Positions 1-11,430 of a stretch of DNA of 64,000 bases are shown one piece after another (position 1 is the stretch's first letter; each line of letters opens with the position of its first letter). A program made the position numbers and the translations under genes. The stretch covers positions 2,914,001 to 2,978,000 of the forward strand of contig OX597828.1 of NCBI GenBank assembly GCA_951406725.2, given 5' to 3'. A model generated the notes under the pieces. It was not told the DNA's origin. It worked only from the letters and a program-made list of their open reading frames with translations, and made no database searches. The stretch is from Octopus vulgaris (Eukaryota).

Positions 1-178
1 ATTCATATTTTACACTAATCTTTTTTTTTAAATCTAAGGGTTATATTATAGGTTTAAGAATTTTTTATTGTTACTCCCTACATGATATTTATAGTTTCTT
101 AGTGGTACTTGTATAGGCAGGTTATTTATATAAAGGCCCTTATAAATACTAAGTATTTATGTGTGTGTGTGTGTGTGT

Positions 179-476
179 GGAGGTGCAATGGCCCAGTGGT
201 TAGGGCAGCAGACTCGCGGTCGTAGGATCACGGTTTCCAGGTGTTGTGATTGTTTATTGAGTGAAAACACCTAGAGCTCCACGAGGATCCGGCAGGGTGG
301 TGGTGGCGATCCCTGCTGTACTCTTTCGCCACAACTTTCTCTCACTCCTTCTTCTGTTGGCCTCTCGCTTAGCCAGCGGCGTCGCGTCATTTTAAGGCTA
401 AATCAATGCGAAGCGCATTGTGACCAGCGATATGTAGCAGCATCTGATAGCCTGGTCAGTCACGGTGATCACGGTG
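179..476 (+). mobile_element. tRNA-derived SINE
   Basis: A-box TGGCCCAGTGG then a tRNA-like head with eroded B-box; GC-rich body flanked by (GT)n and (TA)n. Confidence 0.7.
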
Positions 477-547
477 GTATATATATATATGTGTGTGTGT
501 GCATGTGTATATATAAGTGTAATTATATACATATATATATTATTTTA

Positions 548-928
548 TTCTTTTCTTCATTCACTTGTTTTAGCCATTTGACTGCAGCCATGCTGGAGCA
601 CCACTTTTGGTCAAACAAATTCACCTCAGGACTTATTTTTGTATGGCTAGTCCTTGATCTATCAGTCACTTTTGCTGAACCGCTAAGTTCCGGGGACATA
701 AACAAACCAACAAGGGTTGTCCAACGATGGAGGGGGAAAACACACACACACACAGAAATACAAACACACACACACACACACACGATGGGCGTCTTTCAGT
801 TTCCGTCTACCAAATCCACTTATGAGGCATTTGTTAGCCTGAGGCTATGCTAGAAGACACTTGCCCAGGGCGACATGAATTGGGATTGAACCTAGAACCA
901 TGTGGTTGGGTACCACAGTACTTACCAC
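548..928 (-). mobile_element. SINE family A (tRNA head, CORE-like segment, internal microsatellite, CR1-like LINE tail)
   Basis: Matches about 11 other copies in the window (GGGCAAGTGTCTTCTA core; tail GCTCCAGCATGGC..CAGTCAAATG..TAAAACAAGT). Confidence 0.85.
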
Positions 929-1109
929 AAAGGATTATAATATATATATATATATATTATATACATACATATATATATACATATATATATATGTATATAC
1001 ATGTATGTATATATATATGTTTGTATGTATATATCTATATATATAGATATATATACGGGTGTGTGTGATTGTGTATAGAAGAATATATTAATAAAAGGAA
1101 TTCCAACCT

Positions 1110-1207
<98 letters not shown>

Positions 1208-1228
1208 ATATGAAACATCCACTCATTA

Positions 1229-1277
<49 letters not shown>

Positions 1278-1328
1278 GTGAAGGGAAGAAATGGAGCTGA
1301 ACAAAGATTCTACAAAATTCTTTTATTA

Positions 1329-1412
1329 TTTTCTACACATGTTTCAAAGGCTGCAAATTTCCAAATTCGGATTGAATAAGGAGACCATTTTGCAGCTTTC
1401 TCTTCAGGAAAA
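1329..1412 (-). ncRNA. Type I hammerhead ribozyme, sense to the PLE ORF
   Basis: Minus strand: stem I UUUUC/GAAAA; core CUGAAGA; 12-bp stem II GAAAGCUGCAAA/UUUGCAGCCUUU (1 mismatch); GAAAC-AUGU-GUA cleavage triplet. Confidence 0.85.
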
Positions 1413-2007
1413 TCCAGGAATTTAAATCTCCAAACAAATGCGCAGTAAGCTATTCGAACAAAACGCTCCCTAGGAGCCCATGGTATGGCACAAAACTGTC
1501 TCTCAATGTGCGTTGACGTCAGGGTGGGTGAAGGCCGACGAAAAAGTCCGTTGGAATAAATCGAGGTCAAACTGCGGTTAAATCTGGTAGGGGAAGAATT
1601 ACAGAAAACCAAAGGGTGTGAATATATTCTGTATAACTAATGTTAATGTTCGAATTGTTTTAAGAATGAAAGCTATCTTATTTGGGTGTGAGAAACTACC
1701 TCCATGTATGTGTGTGTGCGCCTGTGTATGTGTGGAAGTATGTTAGGAAGCAGCTAGAGGGAAAATATTGTTGGTCAAGCGGCTGATAAAAGCCTGTGTC
1801 TGTGTGTTCGTCTGTGGCCAGTTTATACACAGATGACTTGTCAAACAAGGGGAGTATAATCCCTGATATTGTTTCTAAATAAGTAGCAGATCATACGCTA
1901 AAAGGGGAGTAATTTCCCCTTACAAATTTAATTCAAAATTTTTTTCCAAATTTTTTCCAAAATTTTTTTCTTTTCTTAGGACATCAAGGTGTTAATTATC
2001 TTAGGCT

Positions 2008-2150
2008 TCAATTGTATGCAAGAAATGTGTGCCGCCTCCAGTGGGGACATCTGAAAGAGTTTTGCAAAATCGCGTTAACTAGCTGCCCTCGGGCGAACAA
2101 AATGTGAAAAAGTTCAGAGTTGTAGAGATTACAGATTCTTTTGCCTCTAT
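2008..2150 (-). pseudogene. PLE GIY-YIG endonuclease C-terminal fragment
   Basis: DRGKRICNLYNSELFHILF..LVN..FRCPHWRRHTF aligns with DKGKKFCLLCNSELFFIIF..LVN..YRCKHWQKHTF of ORF 13440..14621. Confidence 0.85.
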
Positions 2151-2422
2151 CAAATAAGATAGCTTTCATTCTTAAAACAATTCGAACATTAACATTAGTT
2201 ATACAGAATATATTCACACCCTTTGGTTTTCTGTAATTCTTCCCCTACCAGATTTAACCGCAGTTTGACCTCGATTTATTCCAACGGACTTTTTCGTCGG
2301 CCTTCACCCACCCTGACGTCAACGCACATTGAGAGACAGTTTTGTGCCATACCATGGGCTCCTAGGGAGCGTTTTGTTCGAATAGCTTGCTGCGCATTTG
2401 TTTGGAGATTTAAATTCCTGGA

Positions 2423-2506
2423 TTTTCCTGAAGAGAAAGCTGCAAAATGGTCTCCTTATTCAATCCGAATTTAGAAATTTGCAGCCTTTGAAACATGTGT
2501 AGAAAA
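2423..2506 (+). ncRNA. Type I hammerhead ribozyme (inverted copy)
   Basis: TTTTC 2423-27, CTGAAGA 2428-34, stem II, GAAAC 2490-94, GTA 2499-2501, GAAAA 2502-06; predicted cleavage after 2501. Confidence 0.85.
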
Positions 2507-2712
2507 TAATAATAAGGAATTTTGTAGAATCTTCATTCAGCTCCATTTCTTCCCTTCACTAAATATATAAAACTTCAATTATCTGCGCTAAGGCACGGTT
2601 GCGACACCCCATGGTCGTAACCTCAACCGTGTTTTTTCTGTTGTGATTTTTGCTACCCAGGTATCGGTTAAATTTTGAATAATCCGTAACAAGATAATTC
2701 ATTTATCCATTT

Positions 2713-2750
<38 letters not shown>

Positions 2751-3256
2751 TAAAATAAATATATATATATTTATTTATTTATAAAAGTATTTACAAAATT
2801 GAGAATTAAAAATTATAAATTAAATTATAAATATAAATTAGCATACATATATCCAACTTAGAATGTCAAATATAGAATGTCCAATATAAAATTGTAAATC
2901 AGAACGAAGAGATCTGTGATTAAATGTTAAAAATAAAGATACATATCCACTTATGATAGGGTCAAGATATATTTCAAAATGGCGATTAGAAGAAGTGAAT
3001 ATAGCAGAACACTATGGGAATTTATAGGTGGTTAATTCTAAGGGGGATAATTCCACTATGCATTGCTTAAATTAAATTATCGGTTTCTATTATTATATTC
3101 TATCCAACTATGTTGAGGGATATATATAATTTGTTATAATGTAAAATTTCATAATATTTAATTAATTTACTTATTTAATTATTTATATAATCTATTCTAC
3201 TACTGTAGAAATCAAAAGTGTGTGGTGATGAGACTCAAGGTTGGTGGAGATGCAGT

Positions 3257-3878
3257 TCAGTATTTCATTTTATTGAAAGTAAAATTACTTTGGTGTCTAC
3301 ATTTAACTTCTCTTTCTTTGTATGTGTTTAGTAATTTGTCTCTAGACTGTATCAGTTCCATAAATTCTGATATACATAATAAGCACATTTATAAGAGTGG
3401 GCTCTACCTATTATACTCCAACTAAGTGAGTACTCTCTTTTTCTAGATTTCATTTCCCATATATATTTACTTAAAACTGTGGACTTACTTTGGGATTTTT
3501 GAAAGTCTGGTAGTGTTGGGAGATTCTTTTCTTAATTTCTTTAGCTGTAGATCCTATATATCCCTTATTTATAGTTTTATTGTACTTAGAGATTACTATA
3601 CATTTATAAATTACATTGTCAATATTACATTTATTAGAGAGCTTACTTTTAGTCTTATCAGGACATGAACATTTATCTATACGTAGATTATGACTTCCAT
3701 CACTAGCGATTACATTACAGCGAGAGCTATTATTTATTGTGCTGTTATAGTAGTTATTTAATTTCTTATTATTTATTGAAGAGATGATATTAGCTACATT
3801 CTTAGATGTTGAGTAGCCTACTCTTATGGTTTTACTGGAAAACATATTAGAATAAAAGTTGTTCTTTTTAAAAGACAC
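3257..3878 (-). pseudogene. PLE linker plus GIY-YIG endonuclease, frameshifted (Hydra-clade-like)
   Basis: RVGYST..N..IISSINNK, CSC..C, NVIYKC..GYIGST..KKRISQHYQTF; continues in other frames as KYIWEM..WSII..KCLLCISE..LLN..KCRH. Confidence 0.85.
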
Positions 3879-3893
3879 TTTTATATATTACTC

Positions 3894-3941
<48 letters not shown>

Positions 3942-3973
3942 ATTATATATACATAATACTACATATATATATG

Positions 3974-4019
<46 letters not shown>

Positions 4020-4066
4020 TGTATGTATTTGTATGTGTGTATGTATATGTATGCATATGTATGTAT

Positions 4067-4306
4067 GTTTTCCACGCTAGCACGGGTTGGACGGTTCGAC
4101 CGGGTTCTGGGAAGCCAGGGCTGCACCAGGTTCCAGTCTGATCGGGCAGTGTTTCTACAGTGGTTGGCGTTAGGAAGAGCATCCAGCTGTAGAAACACTG
4201 CCAGATCAGACTGGAGCCTGGTGCAGCCCTGGCTTCCCAGACCCCGGTCGAACTGTCCAACCCGTGCTAGCGCGGAAAACGGACGTTAAACGATGATGAT
4301 GATGAT
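4067..4306 (+). mobile_element. SINE family B 3' end with a fold-back inverted duplicate (arms 4067-4160 and 4187-4280)
   Basis: TGGTTGGCGTTAGGAAG.GCATCCAGCTGTAGAAAC domain and (GAT)n tail; 94-bp inverted copy immediately upstream. Confidence 0.85.
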
Positions 4307-4492
4307 GATATATATATGCATATATATATATATGCATATATATATATATAGGTATATATAGTAATGTATGTATATATTTATGTATGTATATTTATGTGTA
4401 TATATATATGTGTGTGTACATAAATATATATATGTATATCTATGTATATATATGTATGTATATTTATGTATATATATGTATATATTTGTATG

Positions 4493-4537
<45 letters not shown>

Positions 4538-4540
<3 letters not shown>

Positions 4541-4700
4541 TGCTAGCATGGCTGTGTGCTAAGAAACTTGCTTCCCAACCACATGGTTTCAGGTTCTAGT
4601 CCCACTGTGTGGCACCTTAAGTAACTGTCTTTTACAACAGCCTTCAGCCAACCAAAGCCATGCCACTGGATTTGGTTGAGGGAAACTGAAAAAAAGTCTG

Positions 4701-4739
<39 letters not shown>

Positions 4740-4945
4740 GTGTTTGTATTTGTATCTGTGCTTGTTCCCCACTACCATTGCTTAGAAACCAGTGTTGGTG
4801 TGTTTATGTCCCCATAACTTAGCAGTTCAGCAGAAGATATCAATACAACAAGCACCAGGTTTATAAAGTATAAGTCTAGGGGGCGATTTCTTGAACTAAA
4901 AGGTGGTACTCCAGCATGGCCACACTCAAATGACTGTAAAAGTGT
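4538..4945 (+). mobile_element. SINE family A
   Basis: Full-length diverged copy with internal (TA)n. Confidence 0.8.
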
Positions 4946-4965
4946 AATATATATATATATATATA

Positions 4966-5172
4966 TCTTTTGTTTCAGTCACATGACTGAAGCCATGCTG
5001 GGGCACTTCCTGTAGTTGAACAAAATGACCCCAGGACTTATTCTTTGTAAGCAAAGTACTTATTTTACCAGTTTCTTTTGCCAAACCACTAAATTACAGG
5101 AACATAAAGAAACCAGCATTGGTTGTCAAGCTATGGTGGGGGGACAAACACAGACCCAAACATATACACACA
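4966..5172 (-). mobile_element. SINE family A, 3' half
   Basis: Tail-to-tail with the preceding copy. Confidence 0.75.
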
Positions 5173-5179
5173 CATGTTA

Positions 5180-6265
5180 ATGGCCTCATCCATTAACATA
5201 TACCGACCTTCAACAACACTGACATGAACACCAAATTTGAGATTGAACATCCAGATGAATCCAGAACCCTCTCTCAACTCGGCTTCCAACTCAAAATCGC
5301 AAAAGAAGCCTCCATATTTACCAAATTCTATAGAAAAGCTGCCAATAGAAAACTTTACGCCCACTACCAATCAGTCTTACCCACCAGAGCCAAAGCTTCA
5401 AACATGAGTAACGAGATTGCATGTATAAACAACAATTACAGCAATGTGACTGACAAAGCCGTCAACACCAAACTGTTTCTCAGAGACCTAACCCTGAATG
5501 GCTACCCACCATCTTTAGGAAACCAATGGGGGCCTGAAGAACATCAAGGTCAATAAACCCTGGAAGAACCATCATACTCCCAAGTTTGGTATGTGTTTCC
5601 TAAAGCTACCACACTTTGATGATAGAACTACTGTAGTGGTACAACACAGAGTCCGCAGGGAAGGACATTACATACAGATTGTGCACACCATTCCTTCCCT
5701 GAGAAAAGCTCTTTCGAAGAACAGCACCTCTCACTACACGGAGGAGAGCACATTGACGAACTGCCCCATCAATGACCCTGAATTGTGCCAGAGGATGTAT
5801 GTTGTATATGAGATCATCTGTGGCAAATGTGGTGTATCTTACATCAGAAGTATGACAAGAAAACTGCAAATACGCATTAAGGAACACATGCAGACAGACA
5901 CTTCCGTGAAGAAACATCTACGGAAATGCCAGGCCTGGGAATTCATAGTGCACATCAAGGCAACACAGTGGAACAGGGGAAACCTTAGAACCTCTGAGGA
6001 CATCCTCATACACTGAAAGAAACCTAAGATCAACAATAGAAGAGATTTACAGGAAGCTAGCTGGTTGCTATAGCAACACCCTTCTGTGCATGTCCACTCC
6101 ACACATGCTCACACACATGCACATCAGCAACATTCGTCAATTTCTGGAAAATGGGGTCATAAATGTGAAATATTAAATACAAGGTAAGTCTATATTAATT
6201 CACATATTTGGTTTCTTGTGATTTACCTTGCATTTACTTCACATTGTTTTGGCCTTCCCTACGAT
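5180..6265 (+). pseudogene. Penelope-like element relic (RT thumb plus GIY-YIG), different lineage from the Hydra-like copies
   Basis: KFEIEHP..FYRK..HYQS.LP..K; LKLP; C..C..VVYEIICGKCGVSYI..TRKLQIRIKEH; stops and frameshifts. Confidence 0.8.
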
Positions 6266-6327
6266 CCTTTATACACTATATATATATATATACACACACA
6301 TATAATCATATACAGACACACACACAG

Positions 6328-6364
<37 letters not shown>

Positions 6365-6510
6365 ATTATATATACACATATATATAATTATATATATACA
6401 TTACATATATAAAATTATATATACATATATATATATATGAAATTATATATATATAATTGTATATACATATATATATATGAAATTACATACATATATATAT
6501 ATAAATATAT

Positions 6511-7236
6511 TATATAAAATCCGTTCTGTCTGTCTGTGTGTGTGTCTTCTAGGATCTCAGGCATCCTCCATCCAATTGCACTCAAATTTCATATGTAGAT
6601 ACTGACGATATCAGGGCATGTATAAGTCTTGAAAAAATTATAAAAATCGATTCCAGGTGAGAGTGCGATCGATAAAGCTGTGGGAACGTGCAAGTATATA
6701 GTTCCCTAGGTTGTTGCTTTTCATCAAAAATCGCCCCAAGTTGATTTCCTACATGTCTTATCGGATAAACTTATTATTCTCCCAGGTACGTTCTCATAAA
6801 TTCATCATGCTTTTCCATCTAGATCTACCTCCAGCTAACCTATTTGCATACATCATTTTTGTCCTGCTTTTCTTCCGTCAACCTATACATAATTGCGCCT
6901 TCCATTTTTTGTTGTTTTTGTACTGCTTAAAGGCACATTTCTTTCCTGCCAAGCTTACTGTTTAAACCATGTTTGTGTTCTTCCAGTCAACAGCCTTATC
7001 ATTACTGGTCCTTTAAACTCTTCGGTTGCATATTTGTGTGAATAAAATTGTTTTTCTTTGGAATAGAAAAAAAGTCCATCTTTATTTCTTCTTTTGCTGG
7101 TGTCTCAAATTTAGGTTAGATCAGTGTTTCTCAAAGGGGAGGCCTATGGGATGGTGGGACGAGTTGTTTTGAGAAAATTTGGTTTAAATGTTTGACAACT
7201 CAGAACCGTCCATTGGACGGGGGGGGGGGCCTTTTG

Positions 7237-7240
<4 letters not shown>
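6511..7240 (+). mobile_element. Probable non-autonomous Helitron
   Basis: 5' TATATAAAA followed by (TGTC)/(TG) microsatellite; subterminal hairpin CCGTCC-ATT-GGACGG at 7206-7220; terminal CTAG eroded. Confidence 0.55.
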
Positions 7241-7271
<31 letters not shown>

Positions 7272-7323
7272 TATTTGCATTATTTACATTTGACGAATAT
7301 TTGTCCTCATCTTGTTTGTTGTT

Positions 7324-7366
7324 AACACATTTCGGCTGATATACCCTCCAACCTTCATCAGGTGTC
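7324..7366 (-). ncRNA. Minimal hammerhead ribozyme remnant (stem III apparently deleted)
   Basis: Stem I GACAC/GUGUU, CUGAUGA, stem II GGUUG/CAGCC, GAAA; only one nucleotide where the stem III and cleavage triplet should be. Confidence 0.6.
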
Positions 7367-7435
7367 TTGGGGAAATTTCATACCCGGGTTCTCATTCCTA
7401 AGGTATCTTTCAATGTTATTATATTTATTATTATT

Positions 7436-7987
7436 GAGTGAGAGAGCAGTGCATGCCATCAAAGTGATACTGGTGTAAAATATATGAAGCCCAGTAAACC
7501 CATCATGACAACCCGTCTGATAAGGGTACACTCGGCACATGCATTACAACCATATGTGTGCAACATGGTGATCTCATATCAAGATAAACAGCACATGACG
7601 TTGCAGATGGGGCCCACCTGCAATTTTCTTCTGGTCGAGTAACCCATCCCGCTCAAAGGTCCCTGAATAAGGGTTGTTTAAGGATGTTGAACAAAATACC
7701 CATGTTTCCAGAGGTGAATTTTCAAACCCCAAAGAATCCCTCTCAACACATGGCTATGATGCTCCTCCACTACTTCTGCTCGTGATCAGAGATGCACATA
7801 TCGTCAGCCACTAAGGGACATGGCCAACTGGTTAAGATCAACTGACAAGCAAATCTGTGGTGTTGAGCAGAATATTTGCTGTAGCTCATCTTTTATACCA
7901 AGACAAAACAATGTACATGATAACACTTCCAATCAGTTAAGATCAGAAGTCACAAGAGCCACTGTCTGATACAGCATCAGGGCATTT
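7436..7987 (-). mobile_element. Insertion in an (AAT)n tract, probably the 3' end of a microsatellite-targeting non-LTR element
   Basis: About 550 bp of balanced composition flanked on both sides by (TTA)n; ends ..CTCTCACTC-AATAATAA on the minus strand. Confidence 0.5.
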
Positions 7988-7996
7988 AAAAAAATT

Positions 7997-8032
<36 letters not shown>

Positions 8033-8195
8033 CACGTCACTGCTTGGAATCGAACTCGGAATCTTCGGGATAGTAGCCCAGGCTCTAAACTACTACACCA
8101 TATGCCCATGGGCATATGGCATAGTGATTATACACACACACATATATATATACATATATAACATGATATATATAATTATATATATATATATATGT

Positions 8196-10710
8196 TCTTT
8201 TATGTGTTTCAGCCAGGTGGCTGTGGTCATGCTGGAGTACCACCATGATCTTTTCCTTCTTTATTTTTGTACCTTCTTCACAATATTTCCATAGTTCCTC
8301 TCCTCCATCTGATGCGATTCCATCAAAATTGTCGATGGCCCTTCTGGTGTTTGAGGGAATTCGACACTGCTGCCCTCAACTGTGCCCCATGTAGAGCCAT
8401 TGGGTCATCTGGTGTTGTGGATAGGAGAGTGTCCAGTTTCTTTTTGAAAACTTCCACATCTATATCGTGTAAGTTTCTCAATTGTTTTGGCAAAGCATTG
8501 AAGAGCTGTGGTCCTCTGAACCCTAGGCTATTGCAGTACCTGGTTCTTATATTAGCTGCATTAGACAGTACCTTCGGTACTATGCAGTGGCGTCCAGTAT
8601 GAGCATTCATATAACACTTGATGCCAAAATTGGGTACCAGCCCTCCTAGTATTTTTCACATGTAAATTATTACATATCTCTCACATCTGTGCTCTAGGGA
8701 GTAGAGTCGTAGTTCTTTCAGCCCCACCCTGTAGTTCATCTGTTGGACTGTAGCAATCCTTTTAGTGTAGGGACGCTGGATTGCTTCAAGCTCCGTTGTT
8801 AGCTTGATACTGTGTGGTGACCACAGCTGAGAGCAGGAGTCTAGGTGACTGAGGACAAAGGTCTTCCATAGAGTCAACATGACTTCTTGATCTCTTGTCC
8901 TGAATGTCCTTAGTACCCATTCTGCCATTTGTACGCACTTTGCTGCCACCTTGGTAATGTGAATGTGAAATGATGCATCATTTCACATACTGATGCTCAG
9001 GTCTCTCACTGTTTGTGACTCTGGGATTGCAGTAACTCTGGTTCCTGTAAATGCCAGTTGTGGAGCATTTGTGATCTTATAGCACAGTGCTTGAAATGTT
9101 TCAGCATTAAATTGCATATTCTTTTGCTCTGCCCTCTTGTATATTGCATTTAGGTCATTCTGCAGGTTTATGACATCATTAGGATACTTTATTGCCTGTG
9201 ATAATTTTGTATCATCGGCATAGCTAGTGACAGTGGCTGTCTGAGTGACTGTGGGCATATCTAAGAGGGCTACTATAAACAGTGATGGCTCTAAGACAGT
9301 TCCCCAAGGGACAATGCTTGAAATTTGTGTTTCCCTAGAGAGGGTACCATTGGCTGCAACTGTCTGACTTCTATTGTTTAGGAAGTCATGCAGCCACTCG
9401 CTTAGTTTACCAGTTATATCAAGGTTTTGCGACTTGTGACATATTATGCCATGATCAACTTTGTCAAAGGCCTTTGCAAAGACAAGATATATCACATCAA
9501 CATTTGAATGGTCAAGAAGCTGCTTCAGGACCCAGTCATAATGCCATAAGAGTTGTGTGAGGCAGCTTCTGCCTGGACGAAAGCCATGCTGAGTATCATT
9601 CAGCAAGTCATTTCCTTCTAGGAATGAAATCAGTTTCTTTCTGACAATTTGTTCCATGACTTTGTTCCTATGTGAAGTCAGAGAGCTGGGTCTGTAGTTT
9701 TTGGCCTTTGTTCTGCTTCCACCTTTATGGATAGGGCATATGATGCCTTCTTATAGCTTTTTAGGAAGTTTACCACTTGTAAGGAAACTCTGGGAGAGTA
9801 TCTGAAGTGGTCTCGCTTATTCCTGTTTACATGACTTTAAAAGAATAGCCGGGAAACCCTTGGGGCCAATTGCTGAGTTTGAGCTTATTTCATCTATGGC
9901 TGCCATTACATCTTCCTCTTCAATGTCATTGTAGGTAATGGCTGCCACCTTTTTCTGCAGGATTGCATAGTCAAAGAAATCAGCTGGGTTTTGTTTTTAT
10001 CTGCATGTGCCTCAGAGGTGAAGACACTTTTAAATTGTACACTTAGCACTTCAGTTATCCTTTTGGGGCATGCAGTCAGTGAGCCATTCAACTGGAGCAG
10101 GGGTCCTATTTTGTACTGCAAATTTATAGACAACCTTGGTGTTTTTATGCTTTCTACAGCTCTCTTCTCCTTCTCTGCTCTTTTCATAGGAGAGTTTAAT
10201 TTTGTTTTCAATTTCCAGCAGTGTCTGTGTTGATTTAGCCTTTTTACTAACCTTCACTTCTCTATTCAACTGGTTTGAAACTTAACGATTTTCTGTCTCT
10301 GGGGATTCTATTTATATGTATGCTAGCCTTTCTTTCTGGCTTATAGCTTGCAGTCGACATACAGTGACATAGTTTTAGGAAATTGTCTTGTATAGACAGG
10401 CTGTCAGGTCAGCTTTTATTATGGGTCTCTTTGGGGATTCATTTCCAGTTTGCTTTGGGAAAATTTAGGTTGGATATAGATTAAGTCCTCCTGATAGGGT
10501 GGATATCAGTAGTTTGCCTAGGACCATGTATAGGACCATTGTATAATGTTTTGATCTGAAACAGTTGTTCATGTTACCCTTGCATTATGGACAATGTTCA
10601 CATTGTTTGTGATGCAGAGATCCAAAATATTGCCTCTCCTCGTGGATTTGAGCATCACTTGTTCTACAAACAGTATCCTAGAAAGTTCCAGGAATGATAT
10701 TGCTTGATTT
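8196..10710 (-). pseudogene. CR1/Jockey-group LINE ORF2 relic (reverse transcriptase to 3' end)
   Basis: QHGFRPGRSCLTQLL, VDVIYL.FAKAFDKVDH, YADDTK, WSP..LEAIQR, GPQLFNALP..FKKKLD; several frameshifts; 3' tail at 8196-8245. Confidence 0.92.
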
Positions 10711-10758
10711 GTTCATGCATATATATAATGTTATATACATATCCTTGTTGCTTATTTT

Positions 10759-10812
<54 letters not shown>

Positions 10813-10904
10813 CAATAAGGGTGAAAAATTGAATATTAATTTGATTAATATCAATTTAAAACCAGTGGCCTAGCATATTAAAAAAATCTGAAGATTTATA
10901 TATG

Positions 10905-10946
<42 letters not shown>

Positions 10947-10949
<3 letters not shown>

Positions 10950-11200
10950 TTTGAAAGAACTTTTTCTTCACCCATTCCCTTCCGGTAATTTCAATATGTG
11001 ACCGCGTGTGTAGCGTTCGCGATTTTCTTTTTCCGTCTTCCCTTCTTTGTACTTTATCCTTTTTTCTATATTTCTGATGAAGAGCTCCGCTCGGAACATT
11101 AAATCCTCCTTCTTTCTTTCTTTTCCTGAGCACTATAGTATAACACTATACTTATTCCACATCCTTGCGTTGTTGTGTTTCCCTTTATTCATGTTTTGAT

Positions 11201-11205
<5 letters not shown>
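10947..11205 (+). mobile_element. PLE pseudo-LTR fragment with a decayed minimal hammerhead (11071-11103)
   Basis: TTT-CTGATGA-A-GAGC-TCC-GCTC-GGAAC-ATT-AAA; flanked by (TA)n; resembles 17490-17978 and 63261-63392. Confidence 0.65.
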
Positions 11206-11245
<40 letters not shown>

Positions 11246-11303
11246 AAAAACAGTAAGATAACAAAAGAAAGAAAGAGACCTCAATATTATGTAAATAGAG
11301 GCC

Positions 11304-11366
11304 AGATAACTGAAGAGATGGTGTTGTGGATTTCCACTTCGGCATCTGAAACTCAGAGTTTTATCT
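11304..11366 (+). ncRNA. Hammerhead-like motif
   Basis: Stem I AGAUAA/UUAUCU; CUGAAGA; interrupted stem II GAUG..GUGGA/UCCAC..CAUC(U), one nucleotide out of register; GAAAC-UCAGA-GUU. Confidence 0.6.
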
Positions 11367-11391
11367 TGACTATTGAGTAATTGTAACATAT

Positions 11392-11429
<38 letters not shown>

Positions 11430-11430
<1 letters not shown>

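Larger units (their letters stand above)
1271..2720 (-). mobile_element. 5'-truncated Penelope-like element with an inverted pseudo-LTR (arms about 1271-1684 and 2151-2566)
   Basis: Near-identical inverted arms of about 410 bp (ORFs 1310..1612- and 2223..2474+ give the same peptide); the spacer holds a GIY-YIG C-terminus and 3' UTR; both ends abut (TA)n. Confidence 0.85.
7270..8107 (-). mobile_element. tRNA-headed element with (AAT)n spacer and a PLE-type tail carrying a hammerhead remnant; interrupted by an insertion
   Basis: Head 8107-8034 with A-box-like TGGTGTAGTAG and B-box GAGTTCGATTCC; (AAT)n; tail GACAC-CTGATGA-AGGTTG..CAGCC-GAAAT-GTGTT at 7366-7324. Confidence 0.65.

Noticed and set aside
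1310-1612. Duplicated 100-aa and 83-aa ORFs (MVFCNSSPTR..)
   Set aside because: Non-ATG starts; they result from the inverted repeat, overlap the hammerhead and show no protein motif.
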